Shown: positions 9,755-19,229, counted from the stretch's first letter. The stretch is 64,000 bases of DNA from Acidimicrobiaceae bacterium (GCA_009842325.1 VYFQ01000003.1:113459-177458); one strand, 5' to 3'. Notes: generated from the sequence alone by a model not told the origin. Numbers and translations: made by a program.

Positions 9755-11055
9755 TGCTTGCCCCCTGCCGTGCCGAACTGGTCTCCCTCGGCGCCGAACA
9801 CCAGGTAGGAGGCGGCCTCCAGCCGGCCCCGCTCGGGCGGGAAGCCCTGCACCAGTGCCATCGACAGGTCGCGCAGGCCCCGGGAGACGGCCCCGGACAT
9901 TCCGGTGTTGCCCGTGCCGCAGGCCTTGAGCGCGTGCACGGCCACCTGGAAGCAGTTCTCGGCGATCTCGCCCTTGGCGATCCGCCAGTTGGCCACCACG
10001 TCGTCCTTGGGGATCAGCTCGGGATCGGCGGTCTCGAGCAGGATCTGGCGGCGCGTCCAGATGTAGGCGGCGTCCAGATGGGCCCGCATCTTCCCGATGA
10101 GCTGCTGGTGCAGGTCGCCGCCGCCGATGGGCTCGTCGGTGCCGTGGTAGGTGGTGGAGGTCAGATAGTCGAGGGCGAAGTCGTACACCGCCTGGGCGGC
10201 ACCGACGTACACCGACGACAGCGCCACCTGGTTGCCGACGAAGCTGCCCCGGCTCACCTGCGTCATCTTCACGAACGTTCCCGGCACGGTGAGCGCATTC
10301 TCATCGGGAACGAAGGCGTTCTCAAGCACGATGCCGTGGGTGGCGGTGGCCCGCATCCCGATGGCGTCCCACTTGGCTCGCTCGCTCACACCGGGCGTGT
10401 CGCGGGGGATCAGGAACATGGCCAGCGACTCGGCCGTCTCCCCGCCCGCGAGCTTGGCCGTGACCAGGTAGTCGTCGGCCACGCCGGTGGAGCAGCCGAA
10501 CGACTTGACCCCGTTGATCAGCCATCCGCCGTCGGTGGGGGAGGCCTCGGTGGTGATGGTTATGGCGGCGTGCTTAGACCGCACCGACTCGCTGGCGAAG
10601 TTGGCCACCCAGCGGCCGTGCTCGCCCATCCGCCGCAGCACCCGCTCGCCGAAGGCTCGGGCCAGCGGCACCTCGTCGGGGGCGAACAGCCCGGCCTCGA
10701 TGGCGGCCAGCGGGAGCAGGCCCCGGGACGAGCCGCTGCACTGGAAGTAGTAGGCCAGTGCGGTGGACGGGCAGGCGGTGGCCAGGGCGAAGGTGGCCGC
10801 CGACAGGTCTCGCAGCCCGCCGCCGAGGCCACCGTAGGCGACCGGCACGGTGATGCCCAGCAGGCCGGCGTCGGAGATGGTGCGGACGTGCTCGATGGGG
10901 AACTCGCCGGCGCGGTCGGCCTCCTCGGCCCGGGCGGCCAACGCTGGCAGCACCCGGTCGACCCGCAGAGCTATGGCGCGCTCGGCCTCGGTCATGTCCT
11001 CTACCAGGAGCTCGCCCGTTGCCCGTGCGGTGGGTTCAGACCCTTGCGACTCCAT
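9751..11055 (-). CDS. acyl-CoA dehydrogenase family protein
   Basis: Start MESQGSEPTARATGELLVEDMTEAERA at 11055. ACAD-like N-terminal helical, middle beta and C-terminal helical layout (EFPIEHVRTISDAGLLGITVPVAYGG; WLINGVKSFGCSTG). The ORF-track upstream extension is Arg-rich junk. Confidence 0.75.
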   Translation of the reverse strand: MESQGSEPTARATGELLVEDMTEAERAIALRVDRVLPALAARAEEADRAGEFPIEHVRTISDAGLLGITVPVAYGGLGGGLRDLSAATFALATACPSTALAYYFQCSGSSRGLLPLAAIEAGLFAPDEVPLARAFGERVLRRMGEHGRWVANFASESVRSKHAAITITTEASPTDGGWLINGVKSFGCSTGVADDYLVTAKLAGGETAESLAMFLIPRDTPGVSERAKWDAIGMRATATHGIVLENAFVPDENALTVPGTFVKMTQVSRGSFVGNQVALSSVYVGAAQAVYDFALDYLTSTTYHGTDEPIGGGDLHQQLIGKMRAHLDAAYIWTRRQILLETADPELIPKDDVVANWRIAKGEIAENCFQVAVHALKACGTGNTGMSGAVSRGLRDLSMALVQGFPPERGRLEAASYLVFGAEGDQFGTAGGKQ

Positions 11056-11066
11056 CGGCTCTCCCG

Positions 11067-12542
11067 TCAGCTCCCGAGCTCCAGCCGACCGAACAGCAGG
11101 TCGGCTCCCCCCGCGCCGGCATCCTGGTACGAGCCGTAGGTGTAGCCGCTCCACACCACCGAGCCGTCGGCGGACACGTCCACGCCGGTGGCGTCGTCGA
11201 CTGCGCCGGTGCCGAACTGCTCCATCGCGAGCAGGTTGCCCGCGAGGTCGAGCCACACCAGCACAGCGTCGCGCTCGCCGAGCGCGGCGTCCGCTCCGGC
11301 GAGGCTGCCGGCGGTCGTGCCGGTGACCACGATGAACTCTCCGGTCTGGCGCACCTCGAATGCAGTGTCCATCCCCTCGGTGCCCGCCTGCCAACGCCAG
11401 CGCTCTTTGCCGCCGGCGTCGAGCGACACCACGAGCATGTCCCGCTCGCCCGCATGGTCGGCCGCCAAGGCTCCCTCGGTCGATCCCGCGATCAGCATCC
11501 CGCCGTCGGGGCCGGCGCCCACTCCCTGGGTCCAGTCCAGGGCCGCGGTCCCGAGCTGGGTTGCCCAGGCCAGGCTGCCGTCGACGTTGATCCGCACCGC
11601 GAAGAGATCCTTATCGCCCGCATGGGAGCCGACGAGCGCGCCCTCGGTGTAGCCGGTCATGTACAGCCCGCCGTCGGGAGCCAGTGCCGAGCCCTGACCC
11701 CAGTCGGTGGCGTCGCTACCAATGTGGCGGATCCACTGCTGGTTGCCGTCGGCGTCGTAGCGGGCGGCGAAGCCGTCGAAGCCGCCGAGGTCGGTGGCGG
11801 GGTCGAGCGTGCTGGCGGTGTAGCCGGTGATGTAGGCGCCGCCGTCGAAGGCGGTCACGTCGAAGCCCCGGTCCCAGGCCGGACCGCCGAACTGCCGGCG
11901 CCACAGCTCGTTGCCGTCGGCATCGAAGCGGGCCAGCCAGACGTCGGCCGATCCCTGGTTGGCCGAGGCGAAGTCGCCGTCGGTGAAGCCGCCGACGTAG
12001 ATCGAGCCGTCGGGCGCCACCGACACGCCCAGCGGTGAGTCGTTCATCGGCCCGCCGGTCTGGATCGACCACCGCAGTTCCCCGCTCGGCGAGTAACGGG
12101 CCAGGTACACGTCGCGCTGACCCTGGTTGTCGCCTGCCAGGCTGCCCTGGGTGGCTGCCGCCACCACGAGGTCGCCGCCGGGCGCGGCCGACACGCCGTA
12201 GGTGGTGTCGGCATCCTCGGTGCCGATCTGGATGCTCCAACCGGAACGCTCGGGAAGCTCTTGCATGGCCGGCTCGGGGGCCTCCGGAGCTGGTTCGGGC
12301 TCAGCCGGCTCGGGCTCAGCCGGCTCGGTGGTGGTGGTGGCATCCGGAGCAGCGGTCGTCGTGGTGTCCGGTGTGGCGGTAGTGGTAGCCGTCTCGGTGG
12401 CCGGTTCGGGCTCGACCTGCTCGTCGGTAGTGGTGGTCGTGTCCGGTGCAGCCGTCGTGACGGCCGGATCTTCGGCGGTCGGCTGCGAGCAGGCGCCGGC
12501 CACCAGGACCGCCCCGGCGACGGCCACCCGGAGTCCGATCAC
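11067..12542 (-). CDS. secreted lipoprotein with SBBP-type beta-propeller repeats
   Basis: Lipobox LVAGACSQP, Thr/Pro/Glu linker, then about 7 repeats of the pattern D-(V/L)-(F/W/Y)-LAR(Y/F)-(D/S)-x-(D/S)G-x-x-(L/Q)W. Confidence 0.7.
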   Translation of the reverse strand: MIGLRVAVAGAVLVAGACSQPTAEDPAVTTAAPDTTTTTDEQVEPEPATETATTTATPDTTTTAAPDATTTTEPAEPEPAEPEPAPEAPEPAMQELPERSGWSIQIGTEDADTTYGVSAAPGGDLVVAAATQGSLAGDNQGQRDVYLARYSPSGELRWSIQTGGPMNDSPLGVSVAPDGSIYVGGFTDGDFASANQGSADVWLARFDADGNELWRRQFGGPAWDRGFDVTAFDGGAYITGYTASTLDPATDLGGFDGFAARYDADGNQQWIRHIGSDATDWGQGSALAPDGGLYMTGYTEGALVGSHAGDKDLFAVRINVDGSLAWATQLGTAALDWTQGVGAGPDGGMLIAGSTEGALAADHAGERDMLVVSLDAGGKERWRWQAGTEGMDTAFEVRQTGEFIVVTGTTAGSLAGADAALGERDAVLVWLDLAGNLLAMEQFGTGAVDDATGVDVSADGSVVWSGYTYGSYQDAGAGGADLLFGRLELGS

Positions 12543-12543
12543 A

Positions 12544-13407
12544 TTATGAGGCTGATCTGCGGCGCATGAGCACCCCGACGACCGCGGCCAGCACCACGAC
12601 CACGATGATCACCGGCACCAGCCAGGTCGCCACCGAGCCGTCGGCGTCGGCCGGGGTGGCTGCTGCGGCTGCGGCCTCCTCTGCCGCGGCTGCTGCAGCT
12701 TTGGCTTCGGCTGCCTCCGCCGCAGCTTCGGCTGCCTCCATCGCGGCTGCGGCTTCGGCGGCTCCGGCTGCCTCCGCCTCAGCCGCGGCTGCTGCGGCGG
12801 CCAGCGCGGCCTCAAGTTCGGCGACGACCTCGGGGTCCACTGTCCCCTCGGCCGCAGTCATGGCTTCCTCCAGGGCCGCTTCGGCCGCGGCTGCTGCGGC
12901 TGCGGCCTCCTCGACCCGTTCGGCTGAGACATCCGCGGGTTCCTCGACGGGCTCAGGTTCGGGCTCCGGCTCCGCCGCTCCCGCGAAGGTGACCTCCTGG
13001 CCGGCGTAGTTGGCGTCGCCACCGATGCCGTCGCCGGCCACGATGAAGCAGGTATTGGCCTCGTCGCAGCGTCCCGGAACGACGGATACCGGGTAGTCGA
13101 TCGTCGCCGTGCCGTCGTCGCCGATGGCCACGGTGTGCTGTCCGTAGTTGCTCAGCTCGCAGTCGGTCGGCCCGACCACCGGGAAGATGAAGCACGTGAC
13201 GACGGTGGCGGTGTGGCCCGGCAGCCAGCTGGTCAGGGTGACGGTCACGACGTCGCCGTCGACCAGGTCCTCGCTCTTGGACAGCTCCAGGGTCTCGCCG
13301 TTGTGTCCCTCGCCGTGGTCGGCGACCGCGGCCGGGGCCAGGGCGGCTGCGGCCAGCATGACCGCGGCGCTGGCCACCAGCAGCCGGCCGATGGTGCGAT
13401 ATGACAT
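12544..13407 (-). CDS. secreted neocarzinostatin-family-like domain protein with Ala/Glu-rich stalk and C-terminal TM anchor
   Basis: Signal peptide. About 110-aa domain with a 4-Cys pattern and LVDGDVVTVTL...VVTC...C...C..CFIVAGD resembling neocarzinostatin-type apoproteins. About 90 aa of A/E low complexity. WLVPVIIVVVVLAAVVGVLMRRRS anchor. Only 1 nt separates it from the downstream propeller gene. Confidence 0.6.
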   Translation of the reverse strand: MSYRTIGRLLVASAAVMLAAAALAPAAVADHGEGHNGETLELSKSEDLVDGDVVTVTLTSWLPGHTATVVTCFIFPVVGPTDCELSNYGQHTVAIGDDGTATIDYPVSVVPGRCDEANTCFIVAGDGIGGDANYAGQEVTFAGAAEPEPEPEPVEEPADVSAERVEEAAAAAAAAEAALEEAMTAAEGTVDPEVVAELEAALAAAAAAAEAEAAGAAEAAAAMEAAEAAAEAAEAKAAAAAAEEAAAAAATPADADGSVATWLVPVIIVVVVLAAVVGVLMRRRSAS

Positions 13408-13519
13408 CGATCCTCCCCCCGTGCTTGCAGGCTCTCAACCCGCAGGGATCTCTTCGATTCTCGGGCGCCCGAGGCCGCCGGCCCGCAGGCCGCCGCTCGT
13501 GGGCGTATTTCCGGACAGA

Positions 13520-14758
13520 CTAGGGGGAAACAGTGTTCCGGTCAACGGAACGAACGGGCTGACCGACCTCATCCAACTCGTCGCGCATGGCCGATACGGC
13601 GTTGATCATCGAGGCTTGGAGCATGTAGGCCCGGGCCTCGGCCGGGTCGGCGGCCCGGGCGGCCATCCGGTCGAGCGCTCGCTGGCGGGCGGCGCCGTCG
13701 GGGGCGGCCAGGCTCTCCGCGTTCTCGTGGGTGTGCCGCCGGACGTAGTCGATGGCCAGCTTGCGGCGGATCTCGGCGTGGTGAGCGAGGCGCTCAGCGC
13801 CGATGTCGCCCCGAAGGACTGCGGCCAGGGACGCACCGAGCAGCACCGCGTCGTGGATGCCCCCGTTCATGCCCATACCGCCCAACGGGTTGTTGATGTG
13901 GGCGGCGTCGCCCATCAACACCACCCGGCCGACCAGGAACCGCTCGGCCACCCGCTGATGGACCCGGTAGATCGTGCGGTGGGCGACCTCGAAGGGCTCG
14001 CTGGTGGCCACGATCCCGCCGAGACGACGCTGGGCGCTTCGATCGCTCAGCGCGTCGATGTCCGTCTCGCCCTCGCTCACCGGGAACAGAGCCCGCCAGA
14101 AGCCCGCGGTTCGCAGCAGGACCAGCCATTCGTCGGGGTCGGAGATGTAGTTGACCGCGGCCAGTCGATCCAGGTGGGCAGCCATGTCGAAGGGGGTGGA
14201 CAGAACCAGGTAGCGGTCCTCATAGGTCATCCCGTCGAAGGCCAGGTCGAGCGACTTGCGGACCGCGCTGGCTGCGCCGTCGGCGGCGATTACCGCGTCG
14301 GCCTTGAGTGTTTCCCCGGAGGCGAGCACCACCGAGGCGGCGTCGCCGTGGTCGACCGCGCCGACGACCTCTGCATCGAACCGGACGGTCACCCTCGGCT
14401 GGCGCTCGAAGGCGTCGAGCAGGATCTCGCACAGCCTGAACTGCTCGCACTGGAGCCGGTACGGGTGGTCGGTTACGTCGGCCAGCGCGCCGAGATCGAA
14501 CTCGGCCACCACGCCCTTGCGGCGGTCCCGGTAGGCGAACACGGGGGCCATCAGCCCTAGGCGGAGCATCGGTTCGACCACCCCGAAGCGGTCGAGCAGG
14601 TCGAGCGTGGCCGGATGGAAGGTCGACGCCCGCAACTCCAGCGGCAGCTCGGGGGCCGCCTCCAGCAGGGTCACGTCGACGCCGCCCTCGGCCAGCACGG
14701 CGCTGGCCACGCAGCCCACCGGTCCGGCGCCCGCCACGATCACCCGGGGGCTGGCCAC
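13520..14758 (-). CDS. FAD-dependent aromatic-ring monooxygenase (UbiH/PHBH class)
   Basis: VIVAGAGPVGCVASAVLAEGG (GxGxxG) and GRVVLMGDAAHINNPLGGMGMNGGIHDA (GD/FAD-ribityl motif). Confidence 0.85.
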   Translation of the reverse strand: MASPRVIVAGAGPVGCVASAVLAEGGVDVTLLEAAPELPLELRASTFHPATLDLLDRFGVVEPMLRLGLMAPVFAYRDRRKGVVAEFDLGALADVTDHPYRLQCEQFRLCEILLDAFERQPRVTVRFDAEVVGAVDHGDAASVVLASGETLKADAVIAADGAASAVRKSLDLAFDGMTYEDRYLVLSTPFDMAAHLDRLAAVNYISDPDEWLVLLRTAGFWRALFPVSEGETDIDALSDRSAQRRLGGIVATSEPFEVAHRTIYRVHQRVAERFLVGRVVLMGDAAHINNPLGGMGMNGGIHDAVLLGASLAAVLRGDIGAERLAHHAEIRRKLAIDYVRRHTHENAESLAAPDGAARQRALDRMAARAADPAEARAYMLQASMINAVSAMRDELDEVGQPVRSVDRNTVSP

Positions 14759-14761
14759 GGG

Positions 14762-15508
14762 TCAGTGCTCGCGCAGCATCATCCCGTGGCCCACGAACTG
14801 GTCGTTGATCCCCAGCGTGCGCAGCGCGTGCCACAGGCAGATGGCGTTGATGGCCAGGACCGGCTTGCCCAGCCAGCGCTCGGCCTGGTCGGCCACCTCG
14901 ACCATCGACAGGTTGGTGCCGCACTGCACGATGGCGTCGATGTCGTCGCCGTCGAGCTCCTTGAGCACCTCGACCAGGGTCTCGGGGGTCACGTCGGCGA
15001 TGGACGTGGCCGAATCGCAACGCAGGCCCCGCACCCGCTTGACCTCGTAGCCGCATTCGCTGAAGTACCCGTAGACCTGCTCGTCGGCGGCCGGCTGGTA
15101 GGGGGTGAGGCAGGCGATGCTTCTGACGCCGAGCAGCTCCAGGGCGGCGTTGCAGGCGGCCGCTCCCGAGGTGATGCCGATGTCGCCGGCGATCTCGCGC
15201 ACCCGGGCCGAGAAGGCGGCATTGCCCTCCTTGCCGCCCCAGAAGGTCTCGGCCGACATCCCCATGAGGATGTGGTCGGGCTTGCAGGTCATGATGTCGC
15301 GCACCGCGTACGGGATGGTCTGGCGGATCAGGTCCAGGAAGTACAGGAACGCCTCGTCGCTGCTCAGGTCGGGCGCCTCGACCAGGAAGCGGCCGCTGTG
15401 GAACGTGACTCCGGGGGGACGCACCCGGGCGAAGTCGTGCTCGACGACGGTGTTGGTCGACGGCACGATCACCCCGATCTTGGCCCGGTAGCCGACGACG
15501 TCAGGCAT
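14762..15508 (-). CDS. Asp/Glu-racemase superfamily enzyme (maleate cis-trans isomerase / arylmalonate decarboxylase-like)
   Basis: Start MPDVVGYRAKIGVIVPSTNTVVEHDF at 15508. Two candidate catalytic Cys contexts (SIACLTPY and VQCGTNLS). Confidence 0.7.
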   Translation of the reverse strand: MPDVVGYRAKIGVIVPSTNTVVEHDFARVRPPGVTFHSGRFLVEAPDLSSDEAFLYFLDLIRQTIPYAVRDIMTCKPDHILMGMSAETFWGGKEGNAAFSARVREIAGDIGITSGAAACNAALELLGVRSIACLTPYQPAADEQVYGYFSECGYEVKRVRGLRCDSATSIADVTPETLVEVLKELDGDDIDAIVQCGTNLSMVEVADQAERWLGKPVLAINAICLWHALRTLGINDQFVGHGMMLREH

Positions 15509-15521
15509 GAGCGACCCTCCC

Positions 15522-15560
15522 GTTCCCATCGCAACGGAACTGCGTTCCGCTGGTGGGAAC
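15522..15560. promoter_or_regulatory. cluster of four GTTCC/GGAAC half-sites in a divergent promoter region
   Basis: GTTCC 15522-26, GGAAC 15536-40, GTTCC 15544-48, GGAAC 15556-60. The second pair has a 7-nt spacer and the same AACTGCGTTCC 11-mer as 1240-1250. Confidence 0.4.
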
Positions 15561-15579
15561 ACTAGCCTCGGCGCCGGTG

Positions 15580-17877
15580 ATGGGAAACGCTGTGCTGCGG
15601 CGCGAGGACCCCGACCTGCTGACCGGGGCAGCCCGGTTCGTGGCCGATATGGCCCCCGCCGGAACGCTGCACGTGGCCTTCGTGCGGTCGACCATGGCCC
15701 ATGCCCGGATCGGCTCGGTCGACTCCCGCGAAGCCCTGGGTGTCGCAGGAGTGGTGGGCGTCTTCACCGCCGGCGACCTGGACATCGCGGCCCAGCCGCT
15801 GTTCATCATGCTGCCACCGGAACTCAGCCGGCTGCCGCTGACCGACAAGGCCCGCTATGTGGGCGATCCGGTCGCGGTGGTGGTGGCCGAGTCCCCGGCC
15901 GCGGCCGCTGACGGGGCCGAGCTGGTGGTGGTGGACTACGAGCCGCTGCCCGCGGTGACCGACCCGTTCGCGGCGCTGGCGCCTGACTCGCCGATCGTGT
16001 TCGAGTCGCACGGGTCGAACCAGGCCTCGGAGTTGAAGCTGAACGCGGAGGCTGGCTCGCTGTCCGGCCACGACCTGGTGGTCTCGGGCCGCGTCGTCAA
16101 CCATCGCATGTCCGCCGCGCCCATCGAGCCGTCCGCGGTGCTGGCCGTTCCCGGAGTCGGCGACGGAGGCGACGGGGTGACGCTGTGGTGCACCACCCAG
16201 CGGCCCCACGACACCCGCGATGTCGTGGCCGCCGCGCTGGAGGAACCGCCGGACCGGGTGCGCGTGATCGCGCCGGCGGTCGGCGGGGGATTCGGGGCCA
16301 AGGGGTCGGCGTACCCGGAGTTCGTGGTGGCCGCCTGGCTGGCCCGCCGTCTCGGCCGTCCGGTGAGATGGGTCGAGACCCGCACCGAGAACCTGACCAA
16401 CATGACCCAGGGCCGGGACCACGTCCACGACCTCGACCTGGGATTGACGCGGGACGGCCGCTTCTGCTGGCTGCGGATGCGGGTGACCGCCGACGTGGGC
16501 GCCTACCCCGGCATCGGTGCGCTTCTGCCGTTCTTTACCATGACGATGGCGTCGGGTCCCTACCGGATCCCGGCCGTCGACTTTGAGTCGGTGTCGGTGA
16601 TCACCAACAAGGCGCCCATCTTCCCGTTCCGCGGGGCGGGACGGCCCGAGGCCACCGTCTCGCTCGAATGCATCGTCGATTTGGCCGCGGCCGAACTGGG
16701 CATGGACCCGGCCGAGCTGCGGCGCCGGAACCTGCTCGCGCCTGACGAGTTCCCCCTGACCACGCCCACCGGCGCCAACATGGACAGCGGCGAATACGCC
16801 CGCTGCCTCGACCTGGCGCTGGAGGCAGCCGGCTACGAGGACTTGCGGGCTGAGCAGGCTCTCTGCCGCGCCCGCGGCGACCGCCGGCTGCTGGGCATCG
16901 GCGTGTCGGCCTATGTGGAGGTCACCGCGGGCGGCCTGTTCCAGGAGTTCGGCTCGGTGACCGTGGAGCAGGACGGCACTATCACGGCCCGGGTGGGCAC
17001 CGCTCCGCAGGGCCAGGGTCACGTCACCGCGTTCGGCCAGATCCTCGGCGAGGTCCTTGGGGTGGCGGCCGAGCGGGTGCGGATCATCTGCGGCGACACG
17101 GCCGAGGTGCCCACCGGCCAGGGAACGGTGGCGTCGAGGTCGCTCCAGGTCGGCGGCAGCGCGGTGTGGACCGCGGCCAACGAGGTGCTGGACCAGGCCC
17201 GGCAGCTGGCGGCAAGCCTGCTGGAGGCCGACGCGGCCGACATCGTGGTCGCTCCCGGCGGTCTGGCCGTGGCCGGTGTGCCGGCCCGGGCCGTTTCCTG
17301 GGCCGAGCTCGCCGCGGCCGCTGCGACGGGAGATGCGGAGTCCGGCGGCGAGGGATCGAGCGGCCTGGCGGCGGAGGTCGACTTCGACCAGGGGGAGGCC
17401 ACCTATCCCTTCGGCGCGCACGTGGCTGTGGTGGAGATCGACGCCGACACCGGCGACACCCGGCTGTTGCGCCATGTCGCGGTGGACGACTGCGGCCGGA
17501 TACTCAACCCGATGCTGGTGGAGGGACAGGTGCACGGAGGGGTGGCCACCGGCGTGTCGCAGGCGCTGTTCGAGCAGTCGCTCTACGACGGGGACGGCAA
17601 CCCCCGCAACACCAACTTCGCCGACTACGCCATACCGGCTGCCTCGGAGCTGCCCCGCTTCGAGACCCACCACACCGAGACGCCCACCCCGCTCAATCCC
17701 CTCGGCGCGAAGGGCATCGGCGAGTCGGGCACGATCGGGTCCACGCCCGCGGTGCAGTCAGCGGTGCTCGACGCCCTGGCGCCTCTGGGAATCTCACACC
17801 TGGACATGCCCTACACGCCCCAGCGGGTGTGGCGGGCCATCGCCGCGGCCGAGTCGGCGGCCCGAGCTTCACGATGA
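15580..17877 (+). CDS. molybdopterin-dependent hydroxylase large subunit (xanthine dehydrogenase / CoxL family)
   Basis: MGNAVLRREDPDLLTGAARFVADM N-terminus, GGGFGAKG, C-terminal AKGIGESGTIGSTPAV. The start could be 15553. No FAD or 2Fe-2S subunit genes are adjacent. Confidence 0.85.
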   Translation: MGNAVLRREDPDLLTGAARFVADMAPAGTLHVAFVRSTMAHARIGSVDSREALGVAGVVGVFTAGDLDIAAQPLFIMLPPELSRLPLTDKARYVGDPVAVVVAESPAAAADGAELVVVDYEPLPAVTDPFAALAPDSPIVFESHGSNQASELKLNAEAGSLSGHDLVVSGRVVNHRMSAAPIEPSAVLAVPGVGDGGDGVTLWCTTQRPHDTRDVVAAALEEPPDRVRVIAPAVGGGFGAKGSAYPEFVVAAWLARRLGRPVRWVETRTENLTNMTQGRDHVHDLDLGLTRDGRFCWLRMRVTADVGAYPGIGALLPFFTMTMASGPYRIPAVDFESVSVITNKAPIFPFRGAGRPEATVSLECIVDLAAAELGMDPAELRRRNLLAPDEFPLTTPTGANMDSGEYARCLDLALEAAGYEDLRAEQALCRARGDRRLLGIGVSAYVEVTAGGLFQEFGSVTVEQDGTITARVGTAPQGQGHVTAFGQILGEVLGVAAERVRIICGDTAEVPTGQGTVASRSLQVGGSAVWTAANEVLDQARQLAASLLEADAADIVVAPGGLAVAGVPARAVSWAELAAAAATGDAESGGEGSSGLAAEVDFDQGEATYPFGAHVAVVEIDADTGDTRLLRHVAVDDCGRILNPMLVEGQVHGGVATGVSQALFEQSLYDGDGNPRNTNFADYAIPAASELPRFETHHTETPTPLNPLGAKGIGESGTIGSTPAVQSAVLDALAPLGISHLDMPYTPQRVWRAIAAAESAARASR

Positions 17878-19229
17878 CGGTCCGAAGTCTCGGTGCCGTG
17901 CTCCGATCGGCGAAGGGTCTTGGTGTCTGCGGGCTGCTGGTGGCCGCGGCGTGCTCGTCGTCGCCCGAAGTGGAGCTTCCTGAGCCGGCGTGGCGGGCCG
18001 ACGATGCACGCTTCGCGGTCCATGTGGTCGACACGGCCGCCGACGGTCCCGCCGGGGTCGAGGCCGCCGACATGGATGGCGACGGCGACCTGGACTTGGT
18101 GGTGAACTTCTTCGGCGACCGGCCCGACGACGCCGGGCCCATCGAGTTCCCGCCCGGCGGTATCACCGTGTACCGCAACGACGGCGACCTCGCGTCCTGG
18201 ACCAAGATGCCGGTGCTCACCCGGGCCGACGGCAACTACTTCCTGAACGAGGCCGTGCCCGAGGACCTCGACGACGACGGCGACTTCGACCTGCTGGTCT
18301 CCGCAGGGTTCTTCGTGTGCGAGTTCAACCCCGAGATCGGCCCGTGCGGCGCCCTGTTCTGGCTGGAGCAGACCGGCGAAGGGTGGGTGCGCCACGACAT
18401 CGTGGAGCCGGGCACCGTCGAGTTCTTCCACCGGGTCCTGCTGGCCGACATCGACGGCGACGGCCTCCACGACCTGGTCACGGTGGGGGAGACCGTCGAC
18501 GACGCCTACGCGCAGTGGTATCCGGGGAGCGCCGGCGGCACCGGGTTCGAGGCGACGCCCCATCTGATCGGCCAGGGCGGCGGCAGCCTGCCCGTCATCG
18601 GTGACATCGACGGCGACGGCGACCTGGATCTGGCCAGCGGCGAGTTCTTCCTGGCGGGGAACTCCTTCGTGTGGTTCGAGCAGGTCGAGGCGCCCAGCGC
18701 GGCCCGGCCGGCGGGGGAGTGGCAGCGCCACGTGATCGACGCCACTCTCGGCCGCACGATCCAGCTGGCCGCCATCCCGGACCTGCTGGGCGAGGGCACG
18801 GTCGGCTGGATCGGCTCGAACCATGTCAACAACGTCAGCCGCGACCCCGAGCCGCTGTCGGGCATCTACCTGCTGACCCCGCCCGGCGACCCGCGCCGGC
18901 CCTGGGAGTCGAAGCTGATCAGCGACGGCATCGTCTCGCGGCCGATTGAGGGCATCAACTTCCAGGCCGCGCCCGGGGTGTTCTGGTGGGGCGACGTGGA
19001 CGACGACGGCGACATCGACCTCACTGTGTCGGGCGACGGCGACCCCCGGGTGTTCTGGTTCGAGCAGACCGAGGTCGGCGAGTTCAGCCAGCACGCCCTG
19101 CGGACCGAGTTCGGTCAGGCGGCTGGCGGCCTGGTGGCCGACCTCGACGGCAACGGCGACTCCGAGGTCGTCTTCACCAGCTACGACACCGGCGAGGTCC
19201 TGATCTTCGACTACCGCCCAGAGGGGTAG
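17874..19229 (+). CDS. FG-GAP/VCBS-repeat lipoprotein
   Basis: ATGA overlap with the Mo-enzyme stop. Lipobox LLVAAACSSSP. Repeated DxDGDGDLDL Ca-binding-like loops (DMDGDGDLDLV, DIDGDGLHDLV, DIDGDGDLDLA, DVDDDGDIDLT, DLDGNGDSEVV). Confidence 0.8.
   Translation: MTVRSLGAVLRSAKGLGVCGLLVAAACSSSPEVELPEPAWRADDARFAVHVVDTAADGPAGVEAADMDGDGDLDLVVNFFGDRPDDAGPIEFPPGGITVYRNDGDLASWTKMPVLTRADGNYFLNEAVPEDLDDDGDFDLLVSAGFFVCEFNPEIGPCGALFWLEQTGEGWVRHDIVEPGTVEFFHRVLLADIDGDGLHDLVTVGETVDDAYAQWYPGSAGGTGFEATPHLIGQGGGSLPVIGDIDGDGDLDLASGEFFLAGNSFVWFEQVEAPSAARPAGEWQRHVIDATLGRTIQLAAIPDLLGEGTVGWIGSNHVNNVSRDPEPLSGIYLLTPPGDPRRPWESKLISDGIVSRPIEGINFQAAPGVFWWGDVDDDGDIDLTVSGDGDPRVFWFEQTEVGEFSQHALRTEFGQAAGGLVADLDGNGDSEVVFTSYDTGEVLIFDYRPEG

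Noticed and set aside
12566-13009. 147-aa plus-strand poly-Ala/Ser ORF
   Set aside because: It is the mirror image of the Ala/Glu-rich stalk coding region of the minus-strand secreted protein. That protein has a signal peptide, a folded domain and a TM anchor.
15562-17673. 703-aa minus-strand ORF
   Set aside because: It is antisense to the Mo-hydroxylase gene, which has clear family motifs. The product is Arg/Gly/His-rich with no motif.
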